58,120 bases of DNA from IMG/VR virus record IMGVR_UViG_3300027969_000117, positions 1 to 58,120 of that record. One strand, written 5' to 3'. Source of the stretch: a virus. Taxonomy: Duplodnaviria > Caudoviricetes. The notes beneath the pieces are model-generated. The model saw only the letters and a list, made by a program, of their open reading frames with translations, did not search any database and was not told the DNA's origin. Both the position numbers and the translations under genes were made by a program. Of the stretch, positions 37,119-47,529 are shown in pieces; position 1 is the first letter of the stretch, and each line of letters begins with the position of its first letter.

Positions 37119-38258
37119 TTAATCATACTTGTTGTATTTGTCTCTAATTTTATCTAAAGATTTTCCTTCTTTACCAGCCTTGGCCAATGCTTGCATGCCA
37201 GCCTTACCATATTTTTCATGGCCCTTGGCCGCACGACTCATAGTTTTTTCACCTTCTTTGACAGAATATTCTTTCCCGCCAACTTTGATTTTTTCGCCCT
37301 TTTGAACACCATCTGATTTAGCGTCACGTACTGCTTTTCCAAATGCGTTACCTTCTTTAGCTTTGCCTTCACCTACAAAGTTCTTATAGTCTGCAAATAG
37401 TTGTGCCTCAAATGCTGCCTGTGATTCTTCTTTCTTTTCTTCTTTGTCGTCTTCGCTTTCTTCCTCTTGGTCTTTCATTGGATTAGATCCACTACCTGGA
37501 GGTGTATATTTTTTCTCGCCCGAGTCAACTTTATCGCGTAAGTCGGCCATGCTGTTAGGATCAAACTTTGGAGGCTTTGTAGGATCGGCAGGAGTATTAC
37601 TATATTCTTCATCCTCTGGCTGCTCTTCGTCATCTCCACCAGATTTCTTAACTTCCTGGTCTGTGCTTACTTTAACTGGATTGTCTGTTGTAATCTTTAC
37701 TGGCTCGCCTGTACGGATTTTTTTGATAAGATCCATGATTTCTTGGTCGCCAGCATTGTCAACATCAACTGGGCCATTGCCAGCTGGCAACATTCCGTTT
37801 GCTGGTTCTGCGTCATGATCATCCATGTCGTGATCACCGTCGTTGTCGATGTCGCCATGTGACTTGCTAACATCATCCATTCCGCCCATTGGAGGAAGTA
37901 AACTTGGTAAATCTCCGCCCATACTTGGCATTGGCGCTCCCATACCTGGCATACCTGCTGTTGGCATATCGCCTTTTGCTAGGTCCATAATACCACGCAT
38001 CATAGCAACAATTTCGCCGGCGTTGCCTGCGCTCATGTTTAAGCTAGCTGGCAATGTTGGGGGCATTGGTGCTCCCATACCTGGCATACCACACTCAACA
38101 ATTTTAGTAGACTGTTGACCAGATAGCATTTTTAATGCTGTTGTGTCAAAGCCTTCGTCTAATTGAATAGGTGCGCTGGATTTTTTAGATTCTGTAATGA
38201 TCTTCGGTTGATTTGATTCAATTGCGTCGATCTTTTTTAATACACTATTAAAGTTCAT
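37119..38258 (-). CDS. low-complexity late protein, likely head scaffold/internal protein
   Basis: SD AAGGA before ATG 38258; acidic core, basic C-terminal modules, repeated GMPGMGAPMP. Confidence 0.6.
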   Translation of the reverse strand: MNFNSVLKKIDAIESNQPKIITESKKSSAPIQLDEGFDTTALKMLSGQQSTKIVECGMPGMGAPMPPTLPASLNMSAGNAGEIVAMMRGIMDLAKGDMPTAGMPGMGAPMPSMGGDLPSLLPPMGGMDDVSKSHGDIDNDGDHDMDDHDAEPANGMLPAGNGPVDVDNAGDQEIMDLIKKIRTGEPVKITTDNPVKVSTDQEVKKSGGDDEEQPEDEEYSNTPADPTKPPKFDPNSMADLRDKVDSGEKKYTPPGSGSNPMKDQEEESEDDKEEKKEESQAAFEAQLFADYKNFVGEGKAKEGNAFGKAVRDAKSDGVQKGEKIKVGGKEYSVKEGEKTMSRAAKGHEKYGKAGMQALAKAGKEGKSLDKIRDKYNKYD

Positions 38259-38259
38259 A

Positions 38260-38784
38260 TTATTTTCCTTCTGTAGCAGTTGGACGTACCTCACCGCGAT
38301 CTTTTTGCTGTTGCTTAAGAGTAGCGTTTAGGTCTTTTAAAAGGCCACTGTTAAATTTTTCACCATAGTAATTGCTACCATCAATCTTTTCGGCTTCTTT
38401 AAATTCACCGTCTGATAATAGTGCGCCACTACGCTTTTCTTTTTCTACTTGATATTCTTCTGTAGGCTCGTATGGGCTACGAACTACTAAATTCTGTCTA
38501 TTAAAATGTAGACCTGCTACTAGATATTCTGATAATTCGTTTGATGTTGTTGGGTAGTCTAATGTAACTTCGTATATAGAGACTTCACAGTTCTTGACTT
38601 GCGGGAAGTCTAGTGGAAGGGATTGTATTGGTGTCTTTCCAACTTTCTTGAACCCAGCCATGCTGAAACGCTCTAACATTGTCTTCATTTGCCCTTCGTG
38701 CTCTGAAGTTACATCACCCGCTACTTTGATTTTAAAAGTATAGGTTTTCTTGTTCTCAGTAAGGTATTCTGTAAAGGTTTTCAT
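38260..38784 (-). CDS. late protein with T4-like capsid-targeting N-terminus
   Basis: MKTFTEYLTE resembles T4 internal-protein CTS MKTYQEFIAE; TAAATA-N5-ATG. Confidence 0.65.
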   Translation of the reverse strand: MKTFTEYLTENKKTYTFKIKVAGDVTSEHEGQMKTMLERFSMAGFKKVGKTPIQSLPLDFPQVKNCEVSIYEVTLDYPTTSNELSEYLVAGLHFNRQNLVVRSPYEPTEEYQVEKEKRSGALLSDGEFKEAEKIDGSNYYGEKFNSGLLKDLNATLKQQQKDRGEVRPTATEGK

Positions 38785-38788
38785 ACGA

Positions 38789-39265
38789 TTATTTATCCAT
38801 ATTTTTAAGTTTTTCTAACAAACTATTGCGGTCTGATATAAGATACCCCTGTGCTTCTACTGTACTATTATCAGCATCTCCGTTCTTCTTATCAAGTCCG
38901 TACTTCTTAATTTGTAGCTCAACCATCTTTAATTTTTTGTCAATTTTGGCTGATTTAGCGTTGATTGCGGCATTTAACATGTTGCCTGCTACTTCAAACA
39001 TACGTGAACTATAGCGAGGTTCAACTTGCATTCCCAAGTCCATAATGTCGTCATATGCTTGTTCTGCCTTGGCAGCGAGTCCATCTAATTCGGCATCACT
39101 AATATCGCCAAGTCCTTTAACTCTAGGAAGGGCAGAGCTGATTTTATCAAATTCTTCAAGTTTTTCTTGTAAATTTAGGGTCGGTGTAGGTACAGTTTCC
39201 GCAGGAACAACTTTTTCTACTTTTTCTTCGGGTAGGTTAAAAACCTCTTCAAGTTTCTTTGTCAT
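38789..39265 (-). CDS. putative terminase small subunit (gp16-like)
   Basis: helical 158 aa, PRYSSRMFEVAGNML and C-terminal RNSLLEKLK; near terL. Confidence 0.55.
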   Translation of the reverse strand: MTKKLEEVFNLPEEKVEKVVPAETVPTPTLNLQEKLEEFDKISSALPRVKGLGDISDAELDGLAAKAEQAYDDIMDLGMQVEPRYSSRMFEVAGNMLNAAINAKSAKIDKKLKMVELQIKKYGLDKKNGDADNSTVEAQGYLISDRNSLLEKLKNMDK

Positions 39266-39280
39266 AGTATATTACTTATT

Positions 39281-39718
39281 TTATTTTGTACCAGATTGAA
39301 AAATATCGTTCTCGTTAATGATGCGAAATTTACAGTTATTTTGTGCAGCCCACGCATTAGCCATCTTCCATTTTACCATATTGCGTACATACTGTGCTTG
39401 GTTGTACGGATTCTTCCCTACCTTCTCAATTAGGGTTTGATTGGCTGGTTTGATTTCAATTAGCTCGGCATGCTTCTTCTGATTCTTGTCAACGTAGACC
39501 ATAAAAAAATCAGGTACATATATTGTATGCTTACCTGTTAACGGATCTCTATAGGGAATTTTTATACTTTCGCTAGCCCACTGCTGTATAGAAGGGTTGT
39601 TATCACAAAATCTCATAAAGGCCAATTCCCAGCTTGATCTGTAATATGGAGTTCCGATCCCTATATATTTTTCAGGGTTCTGTACTTTATATTGACCTTT
39701 GGCAAACTTAAAACTCAT
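39281..39718 (-). CDS. head completion nuclease (T4 gp4-like, TnsA-type)
   Basis: NPEKY, YRSSWE, WASE, YVPDF, IEIKP motifs. Confidence 0.9.
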   Translation of the reverse strand: MSFKFAKGQYKVQNPEKYIGIGTPYYRSSWELAFMRFCDNNPSIQQWASESIKIPYRDPLTGKHTIYVPDFFMVYVDKNQKKHAELIEIKPANQTLIEKVGKNPYNQAQYVRNMVKWKMANAWAAQNNCKFRIINENDIFQSGTK

Positions 39719-40086
39719 GCTAAAATGTTACGTTTGATATCTTCTACTGGACTTGTACTTTGTACAACTCCTAATGTGCTTGTCTTAAATCTATTGTAAT
39801 TTAAAATCTCTGCTACCATGCCACTTAGGGTTGCGGTATCTGTGCCTTTCAACGTTCTTAAAATTTCATAAGCATCGTAGCCATCTGTCTTAGCCTGTTT
39901 TAAAATTGTAATAGCAATAAATTCAGAACTGGGATTTTTAAAATTCCTGCTTTCTAAGAATCCAACCATGGCTGTTAGTACAGCATTGTTTAATTCTGTA
40001 GGTTTACTGTTAACACCGTCAAACACCTTTAATGTTTGATCACTGCTCGATGCTGTTTTTTCACTTGGTAAATTACTATACATTAT
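39715..40086 (-). CDS. hypothetical virion protein
   Basis: ORF in the structural operon; ATG overlapping the upstream stop chosen as start. Confidence 0.6.
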   Translation of the reverse strand: MMYSNLPSEKTASSSDQTLKVFDGVNSKPTELNNAVLTAMVGFLESRNFKNPSSEFIAITILKQAKTDGYDAYEILRTLKGTDTATLSGMVAEILNYNRFKTSTLGVVQSTSPVEDIKRNILA

Positions 40087-41861
40087 GCCCATCCATCTGT
40101 TGGCCAATTTTCATCATTCCATGCCACTTGCCCGTAATCTTCTTCTTCATCGGGATTATTAATACTAAGTTCGTTGTCGGGATTAACTGCTTTCTCTCCC
40201 TGGTCTTGGTCAACTGCATCCTGATCAGATTTTCCGTCTTCTCCTAGATTTGCTTCACTAGTGGCTGCGTCATTTGCTTCTTGAATTGCTGTAGTCAATG
40301 TTTCTAAATTAGAATTTATCAATTCTATTTTATTTGATAGTAAATCTGGATCTGTATATCCTTCCGCTTTTAATTCGTCGTACAATGAATTTAATAAATC
40401 ATCGTTGCCGTCTTGCTGTGCCTGAGCAATTTGATCAGCATATTGATCCTTTAGTCCTTGATTACGTAACACCGCATCAGTAGTTTCACTTAATAAATCT
40501 TGTTGAATTTGCTGAAGTGTTTCTAAGTCTGCTACATTATCTGGTAGTGGATCTGGCAATTCGGCATCTGTTAAATCTGGAGGATTGCTGGCATTTGCTA
40601 AAAAGCTATCCGTACCATTGCCTGCGGCGCTAGTAGATGCAGCGGCAATCGATCTAGTGCCAGCGGCTGTTGCTACCTTGGCGGCCTTTGCCGTTGTCTT
40701 GCCATCTATTGTTGCGTTGTTGCCTTTAAATAATTTAATACCAGCGCCAGCAAGGCCTGCGCCCGCTGCCGCAAGTCCACCTAAGTTTCTTCCATTGCCT
40801 AACAAGCCGAATAGCTCTCCACTAACTCCGGCACCTGAAACATTTTTTGTATTCTTTAATAAGTTTCCAGTCTTTAATGCTGTACCTAGTATACTCAATG
40901 GACTAGCATTGCCGTTAGCAATATTACTAAAGTCTCCAAAAACTTCACTTGCTCCGTCAATGATACCACCGGGGCCAAATAAACTATTATTACCACCTCC
41001 AGCAATGCTTAACGGACTAGGTGTTAAGTCGTAATGGAAAGTGGCAAAGCCGCTTGGATTATCTTTTTTAACATACCCTTCACCGTACATTACTGACTCG
41101 TATCCAATAGTTGCTTTGTTTTCAAGGACCTTTGCTCCGTTACTTTGATCTAGTCTATCATGATCCCATTGTAGAATCATTGGATTGACTAAAATAAAAC
41201 TTGTAAAACGTTTGCGGTTTAACTGATATATACAGATGCTATCAAAGAATGGTTCTACTGCCCCGTTGTTTAATCCGTAGTTTGTAGGACCAAATATACT
41301 AGAATTAGATTTGTATTTTGTATCTTTGTATGCGGCAGGTAAACTACCTACCTGAAAACTATTACCATTTCCGTAATTACTATCAGCAAAATAATACTTG
41401 TAATAATATGTCCATAACCTGTGTGTTACGTTGCTCATATCATCGTGAAAAATCATATTAACTGGATTATAAGTCATAGATTTTTGAATGTAAGTTTTTC
41501 TGTTATACTGGTTTAACACTTCGTTTTGAATTGCAAATTTAGGAAGATCTGTTGCCTTGACTAACATTCCAATTTCAGGTTGACGTCTAACTTTCCAGTC
41601 GTCTAATGTGTTTGCCACACCTTTTAATAAGTCTAATAGTCCGCCAGTCGGTCCAGTAGTTGAACCAGCATTGCTATTATTGCCTAACGCAGATTGATTA
41701 ATGTTAAACACAACATAATAAATCCATCCATTTTTTGGTGCTAGGGCAAATGTATCATCTACATATAAACGAGTTGCGTGGGCAAATGAACCAAGTTGCC
41801 CTTTCGGGTTACCTGCCCCATTGATCATTTGACCTAAGAAATTATTAAACGGATTTGACAT
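40083..41861 (-). CDS. tail tube-like baseplate protein (gp48/gp54-like) with acidic extension
   Basis: LPKF...NQYNRK...YNPVNMIFHDD tube-fold pattern; next to the tube gene. Confidence 0.6.
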   Translation of the reverse strand: MSNPFNNFLGQMINGAGNPKGQLGSFAHATRLYVDDTFALAPKNGWIYYVVFNINQSALGNNSNAGSTTGPTGGLLDLLKGVANTLDDWKVRRQPEIGMLVKATDLPKFAIQNEVLNQYNRKTYIQKSMTYNPVNMIFHDDMSNVTHRLWTYYYKYYFADSNYGNGNSFQVGSLPAAYKDTKYKSNSSIFGPTNYGLNNGAVEPFFDSICIYQLNRKRFTSFILVNPMILQWDHDRLDQSNGAKVLENKATIGYESVMYGEGYVKKDNPSGFATFHYDLTPSPLSIAGGGNNSLFGPGGIIDGASEVFGDFSNIANGNASPLSILGTALKTGNLLKNTKNVSGAGVSGELFGLLGNGRNLGGLAAAGAGLAGAGIKLFKGNNATIDGKTTAKAAKVATAAGTRSIAAASTSAAGNGTDSFLANASNPPDLTDAELPDPLPDNVADLETLQQIQQDLLSETTDAVLRNQGLKDQYADQIAQAQQDGNDDLLNSLYDELKAEGYTDPDLLSNKIELINSNLETLTTAIQEANDAATSEANLGEDGKSDQDAVDQDQGEKAVNPDNELSINNPDEEEDYGQVAWNDENWPTDGWA

Positions 41862-41877
41862 ATGAATATTTATCCGT

Positions 41878-41910
41878 AAAAAAAGACCTGGATTTTTGGT
41901 CCAGGTCTTC
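41878..41910 (-). terminator. intrinsic terminator after tail tube gene
   Basis: AAGACCTGGA-TTTTTGG-TCCAGGTCTT with adjacent A run. Confidence 0.8.
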
Positions 41911-41926
41911 CATGTCTTGCCGACTA

Positions 41927-42553
41927 TTAACCAGTGATCATTGTACCTAGTGTGCGGCCAACTGCTTGACCAACACCTAGTGGCTGACCACTAGCACCAA
42001 TTTGAATAGCATTATCGAACTTGATTGTCATAGCAATCTGTACGGGTTCGCTAGTCTTATAATCTAAACCTTGGTAGTCTACGTCACTTAAGAAACATCC
42101 GTCAACTTCCCATGTTTCTAAAACTTGTGCTTCATTAGCTCCGTTACCACCATCTAACATTTCGATTACAGTAGTAAACTTATAATCGATACCACTAGCA
42201 GCCGCTGCCTGTTCATAAAAGTCAAACTGCTTTTGTAATTGCTCTCCAACTAATTTGCTAGATGCGCCTGTGACGTCATCACGAATTGTTAGGGTCATGT
42301 CGCCCCAAGAGTGCTTACCTGCTAATTTTACACGACTATTGTAAACATCGATAACAATGTCATCGAATGTTACTTTAGGGCGTGTTACATCAACTACTTG
42401 CTTGGTAAGTTCAGTAGTTGGTTTGCTTACACCAAAATTTTGAAGTGTCACTCTGAAGCGATACTTTAGTTTTGGCATCAGCAAGCCTTGTACACTTGCT
42501 GATTGGCCTGCACCTAACGGTACTGTGAATCTGCTTAAACTTGCGATTGCCAT
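41927..42553 (-). CDS. tail tube protein (gp19-like)
   Basis: PKLKYRFRV, LAGKHSW, TIRDD, GCF pattern; directly downstream of the sheath. Confidence 0.85.
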   Translation of the reverse strand: MAIASLSRFTVPLGAGQSASVQGLLMPKLKYRFRVTLQNFGVSKPTTELTKQVVDVTRPKVTFDDIVIDVYNSRVKLAGKHSWGDMTLTIRDDVTGASSKLVGEQLQKQFDFYEQAAAASGIDYKFTTVIEMLDGGNGANEAQVLETWEVDGCFLSDVDYQGLDYKTSEPVQIAMTIKFDNAIQIGASGQPLGVGQAVGRTLGTMITG

Positions 42554-42582
42554 ATTGTTTGCTCCTGTCCTTTATATTTATA

Positions 42583-45500
42583 TTAAACGCCGGCCTTAAT
42601 TTCGCCAGTGTTTTTGAGACGTAAAGGAATGTAGATAAACTCTACTGCCTTAACTGGCTCAATCGCTACGTCTAACCATAGTTCACTACGATCAATTCTG
42701 CTTGGAGTGTTGTTAGATTCATCGCAAACTACGATGAAGTCATACAATGCTCGTTGACCTACTAGTTCTAGTAATAGGCTTTCTGCGGCACGTTTGATCT
42801 CGTTACGTGTAATTTTATCATTTGGCTCAAACAAGTATGGCTTGGCCAAGATGCCCATTTGCCTACGTAGGAATGCTACTAGACGAGCAACGTTGATACG
42901 ATCCAAGCTACTTGCGTTCTTAGCACGAGTGTATTGACCCATGTTAACAACACCAACACCTGTTAGTGTAGCAATTGGGTTAATCTTAACACTTGCTAAA
43001 ACACTACGTAGGCTTTCTGGTAAAGCTGTTGTACGGAACTCGTTGTTAGCGTCTAAGTAACCTACGCTACTTGCGTTATCAACACCGCCTCGGCGTGTAC
43101 CCGCTGGAGCAAACCATTGATAACTCTTCTGGTCGCTTGTAGCAATAGTACGTAACATCATGTGACTTGGTGGAACAACAATAAAGTTTCCTGTATTGTC
43201 TGTTGTGTAACCACTTGGGTAGAACATGGCCATGTACTCGTCATAACTTGTTCCGCCAACATCACCGTTGTCAAACGCACCGTTTACGTTAAAGCCCCAC
43301 TCACTTAATGCTGTGCCAGTTGGTGCTAAACGGAATGGTGTGTCGCCAACAACAAATGCTGTTTGTCCACGATCTGCGTTTAGTGCAATTTCATTTTGGA
43401 TGGCTTCTGGATAACCAGGAGTAGACATTAAGTTAAACACTAGAGTATCTGTGTCACGGATTGCTGAACTTGTATCAATTAGGGCTTTTAGGCCTGCTAC
43501 TACAAATCCGCGCTGTGCGTGACGACCAAATTTACCAGAACCGTTTTCATTGTTAGGTGTTACACTAACCCAACGATCTGCGTTGTATAATGTTGCGCCG
43601 CCTGAACCGTCCATGTTTTCGTTTTGATAACGAATGTTTTTACCGTCGTTAGCATCAACGTTGATATAGTTCTTAACAAACTTCTTAACGTTAAACCCAC
43701 TACGGCGTAAGTTCCATAGATGTGTACCTTTTGGATACAATGCTGGATCTGGAGCATCTGGGTCTACGTAGTTGCTTGATAACAATGTCTTAATTGATGA
43801 AGCATCTGTAGCGTAACCAGTATTTGCCCAACGAGCATTAGCAAACACCCATGCGTTTGGACTTGTCTGATCGCTCGGATCTTGTTTGATCCACTTTAAT
43901 GTTGTACCGTTCCAAACATAAATGTTCTGACCGTACTCTTCTAAAGAAGCTGTGCTGATCCAAATATCACCGTTAACTAAGTCAGTACCATCGCTGTGAC
44001 CACCGTTTAACTTAGGAGCAACTGATGCTACAATCGGACCGTTAATGTCTGTGCCTGGGAAAGCGTTTTTATAACCAACCCACTTAGAGCCATCGTGATA
44101 CATAATATCAACTTGGTCAACTACTGAGCTGTACCATAATTGTCCGTCTACTGGATCTGTAAATGGTGCTGTTTGTTTTGCTTCAAATACTAATGGCTTC
44201 CAATTAGAAGCATGGAAGTCAAACTCATCTGCATCGTAGTCGCCTTTATAGTATAGGTTCTTTGTACCTGTTTCTACACCAGACTCTGAACGTGCCCAAG
44301 CAACAAATCCCATATCTGCTAAGGGAGTACGAACATTATCAGTTAAACGAATCTCTCCGCCACCTGTGTGATTGATTGCCAATTGGAATGTTTCTGGATT
44401 ATAACTTGCGCTCAATCCATATAACGCACTTTCGGCACCTGTGTTGTTTAATAACAATTGAGCAACAGTTTCTAAAGTGTCGCCTGGTTCAACTTCAATG
44501 TTTACAACGGCTCCAAATACGCCCTGACTACTAACTTTAATATCAAAGCTAGAAGTTGATGTAAATGTCAATGCGGACGTTCTACTTGGAGTCATAACGG
44601 TTGTAAAACCAGTTGCGTTACGACGATACATCTTGAAACTTACTAGTGCCGGAGAACTAGGAGCGCCTGTACCATGATCGTAATTTTGTTCAACGTATAT
44701 CTGTCCTGCTGGAATTGCCTTGCCGTCACCAACTGGATCAATACCGTAGATTGCCGCTTCCGGGCTAGCATAGATCGGAGCCTTGCTTGTGACCCATGAC
44801 TTTGTAGTTGCGTTGTATGATTTAACTATCCAATCAGCGCCTTTGTTAGGGCTTGTTGTCTTAACGTAAACAGAACCACTTGGGTTTGTACTAAAATCTG
44901 GATACTGTGTATGCGGACCTTGGAATAAACTTACTGCTCCGTATGTACCCACTGTTAGTCCTAAAGTAGTTAATAAAGTAGCTGTTGAACCAACCTTAAT
45001 CTCAATGCGGCCATCACGAGCATCAGTATCCGCTGTACTAATAGAAACTGTAGGAATAGAAGTATATCCGCTACCGTCGTCAGTTACAGCAATACCAGTA
45101 ATTCCGCCACTAACAATAGTAACGGCGCCTAAGTGAGCGTTTCCGCCAATACTAACTGTAGGAGGAGTATTACCATCGTATTCAAAACCAGGTGCTGTTA
45201 TATTAATCATTTCTACCTTAAATCTTAAAGATAGTGCAGCATTTGTTCCTGTTCCTGTGTTGACTGTTGTAAGTGCGTTCGAAACAGAAGGAATAGTATT
45301 AGTATATTCTCCGCGATCAGCAAATGAGAACCCAGTAATAGAACCGCTAGCATTAACACCAGATACTGTAAGTGATGCAGCAGTGCCGTTTCCACCCAGT
45401 ACCGTTAAAACGTTGCCTACAGCATAATTTGTACCAGTATTAACAAATGTTGCGGTATCAACAGTCATTACGGCAATAGCTGTCGCGCCACTTGCTCCGT

Positions 45501-46419
45501 TGCTTGATGCGGTTTGGTCAGCATATAGTTCTAGAACATTACTGGTTCCTACACGAGCATTAACACCTTTTGTACGCATTGTTGCATTAATACTAGATGC
45601 CATTGCAATTATGTCAGTACCGCTCAGTGTAATTTCTTGTCCGTTGATTAGCATTGTTGCGCCATTTGGCAATGTACCTGCTGCAACAGACTTTGTTCCC
45701 TTAACTACTGGGAAGCTTGTTTGCCATGCTGTTGCGTTAAACGAACTACCAGAGCTAAATCCAGTTTCTGTATTTGACCCAACTTCAACCCAATTGCCGT
45801 CTTTGTTTTTGTACCATAGTGTAATCATGTTAGCACTTGTTGCGACAATTGCGTAAGTTCCTGCTACACCAAATGCTTGTTTTGGCATATCACCGTCAAG
45901 CAATGCAGCTTTAGTTGTGTTATCAATAACTGCTGGAATTTTGTTAACAAATTGACTTGTTGTTGCGTTCCATTCAAAAATACCCCATGAAGTATTTGAA
46001 GTTGTATCTAACCAAAATGTTCCATCAGCGGCTTCGCCAACTGGAACACCGGATGTTGGTAATAGTGATCCTAAATCAACATCAGCGCGGGTAATATAAG
46101 CACGTGAACTTACGCCCAGTAAACTATATGCGGCTTGTAGGCCGTATTCGTTTAATTCTCCGCCGTTAATCGGATTGCCGCCAGCGTCTGTATAGAACAA
46201 TGGTGTGCCGAATGTATCTGTTAAATCTCTTTGACTTGTAATCAAATATACTCGTCCAGCATTTTCTTTTATTGTACCAACTGCGGTGCCTGTGCCGCTG
46301 GCATTTTGTTTGTCTTCTGCTGAAGCGACGATAATTAGTGGAACAGTACCTGGTGCGGCTGGAGTGTAAAAACTCTCGTCGATAACAGTTACTTGTACGC
46401 CTGGTGAACTTAGTGCCAT
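42583..46419 (-). CDS. contractile tail sheath protein (gp18-like), 1278 aa
   Basis: SPGVQVTVIDES start; WFAPAG-RRG, INPI, DRINVARL, VCDESNN, PVKAVEFI motifs. Confidence 0.95.
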   Translation of the reverse strand: MALSSPGVQVTVIDESFYTPAAPGTVPLIIVASAEDKQNASGTGTAVGTIKENAGRVYLITSQRDLTDTFGTPLFYTDAGGNPINGGELNEYGLQAAYSLLGVSSRAYITRADVDLGSLLPTSGVPVGEAADGTFWLDTTSNTSWGIFEWNATTSQFVNKIPAVIDNTTKAALLDGDMPKQAFGVAGTYAIVATSANMITLWYKNKDGNWVEVGSNTETGFSSGSSFNATAWQTSFPVVKGTKSVAAGTLPNGATMLINGQEITLSGTDIIAMASSINATMRTKGVNARVGTSNVLELYADQTASSNGASGATAIAVMTVDTATFVNTGTNYAVGNVLTVLGGNGTAASLTVSGVNASGSITGFSFADRGEYTNTIPSVSNALTTVNTGTGTNAALSLRFKVEMINITAPGFEYDGNTPPTVSIGGNAHLGAVTIVSGGITGIAVTDDGSGYTSIPTVSISTADTDARDGRIEIKVGSTATLLTTLGLTVGTYGAVSLFQGPHTQYPDFSTNPSGSVYVKTTSPNKGADWIVKSYNATTKSWVTSKAPIYASPEAAIYGIDPVGDGKAIPAGQIYVEQNYDHGTGAPSSPALVSFKMYRRNATGFTTVMTPSRTSALTFTSTSSFDIKVSSQGVFGAVVNIEVEPGDTLETVAQLLLNNTGAESALYGLSASYNPETFQLAINHTGGGEIRLTDNVRTPLADMGFVAWARSESGVETGTKNLYYKGDYDADEFDFHASNWKPLVFEAKQTAPFTDPVDGQLWYSSVVDQVDIMYHDGSKWVGYKNAFPGTDINGPIVASVAPKLNGGHSDGTDLVNGDIWISTASLEEYGQNIYVWNGTTLKWIKQDPSDQTSPNAWVFANARWANTGYATDASSIKTLLSSNYVDPDAPDPALYPKGTHLWNLRRSGFNVKKFVKNYINVDANDGKNIRYQNENMDGSGGATLYNADRWVSVTPNNENGSGKFGRHAQRGFVVAGLKALIDTSSAIRDTDTLVFNLMSTPGYPEAIQNEIALNADRGQTAFVVGDTPFRLAPTGTALSEWGFNVNGAFDNGDVGGTSYDEYMAMFYPSGYTTDNTGNFIVVPPSHMMLRTIATSDQKSYQWFAPAGTRRGGVDNASSVGYLDANNEFRTTALPESLRSVLASVKINPIATLTGVGVVNMGQYTRAKNASSLDRINVARLVAFLRRQMGILAKPYLFEPNDKITRNEIKRAAESLLLELVGQRALYDFIVVCDESNNTPSRIDRSELWLDVAIEPVKAVEFIYIPLRLKNTGEIKAGV

Positions 46420-46520
46420 TTGTTAATCTCCCATAAATGGTTTTTCTTTAACATATTTAGTGACTTTGGACAAAAAGCCCCTGGTTAAATACTACCGAAA
46501 AGGGAACAAAAAGGGCGGGT

Positions 46521-46856
46521 ATGAGAGAACTATGTAAAACTTGTGGTCAACGACCAGTTGCTATTAATTATATAAAAGAAGGTAGAACATACTACAGGTC
46601 AAAGTGCGACCATTGTTCTAAAGGACGTGACACGGGTATACCAAAATGGTATTTAGACGGATATCGACAAAAAGATCAATGCGAGAAATGCGGATTTAAA
46701 AGTAAGCACAAGGAACAGTTTAATGTGTTTCACGTTGACGGAACCTTGACTAATTCCCGTCCTAACAATTTAAAAACTATTTGTGCTAACTGTCAGCGAA
46801 CACTACACCAGACAGGCGTTAAATGGCGACAAGGGGATCTGACACCTGATTTTTAA
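46521..46856 (+). CDS. HNH-like zinc-binding protein (degenerate)
   Basis: several CxxC; HVDG-x3-N-x3-NL-x3-CANC. Confidence 0.7.
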   Translation: MRELCKTCGQRPVAINYIKEGRTYYRSKCDHCSKGRDTGIPKWYLDGYRQKDQCEKCGFKSKHKEQFNVFHVDGTLTNSRPNNLKTICANCQRTLHQTGVKWRQGDLTPDF

Positions 46857-47469
46857 TAGCGTCATATAACGAATCAATAGTCCCGTCGTTTAAAATAGTA
46901 ATATCGATATTCCCGCCAACCCATGCTGTTTCGCTAGCATGGATTCCTAGCTTTTCGAGACGATTTCGTCCAGTTGCCCAACCTACGTTACCGTCTGGTC
47001 CTTTATTATAATCTAATGCGTATTGGTACCACTCGGGTTCAGGGCCTCGCTTAACACGGATTACTTTGCCACCTGCGTTGTGGATGGCTTTAATTTCATT
47101 AGGAAAGCGTACATCGCTAATAACAATATCATCTTTGGTTTTACGCATCTTATTTTCAAGTGATGCTATCCAAATATCATCATGGAAACCATTACGGCAA
47201 ACTTCAGTTCCCCAATACTGTAGCACCCATCTAGGTGTAAGTTTTGGCTTGCCTAATCTGTCTGCCCACCACGTATCAACTTCTTCGCGCCAGGCACGAG
47301 CCTCTGCTGTACGGCCCTCTAGGAGCACTCTGTCCCAACCAAATACGGCTGCGACTGCGTCTTTCAGTGTGTTAGCAAAGCTATCTCGACGGAATCCGTG
47401 AAAATTAACTAGATAATCTGCGGCAGTATCTTTGCCACTACCAATAAAGCCCACGAATCCAATAATCAT
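46819..47469 (-). CDS. deoxynucleoside monophosphate kinase (T4 gp1-like)
   Basis: GFIGSGKDT, SFA, TPRWVLQYWGTEVCR, DVRFPNE, HASE motifs. Confidence 0.92.
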   Translation of the reverse strand: MIIGFVGFIGSGKDTAADYLVNFHGFRRDSFANTLKDAVAAVFGWDRVLLEGRTAEARAWREEVDTWWADRLGKPKLTPRWVLQYWGTEVCRNGFHDDIWIASLENKMRKTKDDIVISDVRFPNEIKAIHNAGGKVIRVKRGPEPEWYQYALDYNKGPDGNVGWATGRNRLEKLGIHASETAWVGGNIDITILNDGTIDSLYDAIKNQVSDPLVAI

Positions 47470-47492
47470 AGCATCCCCCAAGTGATGTATTA

Positions 47493-47521
47493 ATTATATT
47501 ACGGGCTGATTACAATGTCAA
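47493..47521 (-). promoter_or_regulatory. sigma70 promoter for dNMP kinase
   Basis: TTGACA-17-TATAAT. Confidence 0.85.
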
Positions 47522-47529
47522 TAAGTGAT

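Noticed and set aside
39281-39718. TnsA transposase / Tn7 element
   Set aside because: Size, motifs and context match the T4 gp4 head-completion nuclease; no other tns genes.
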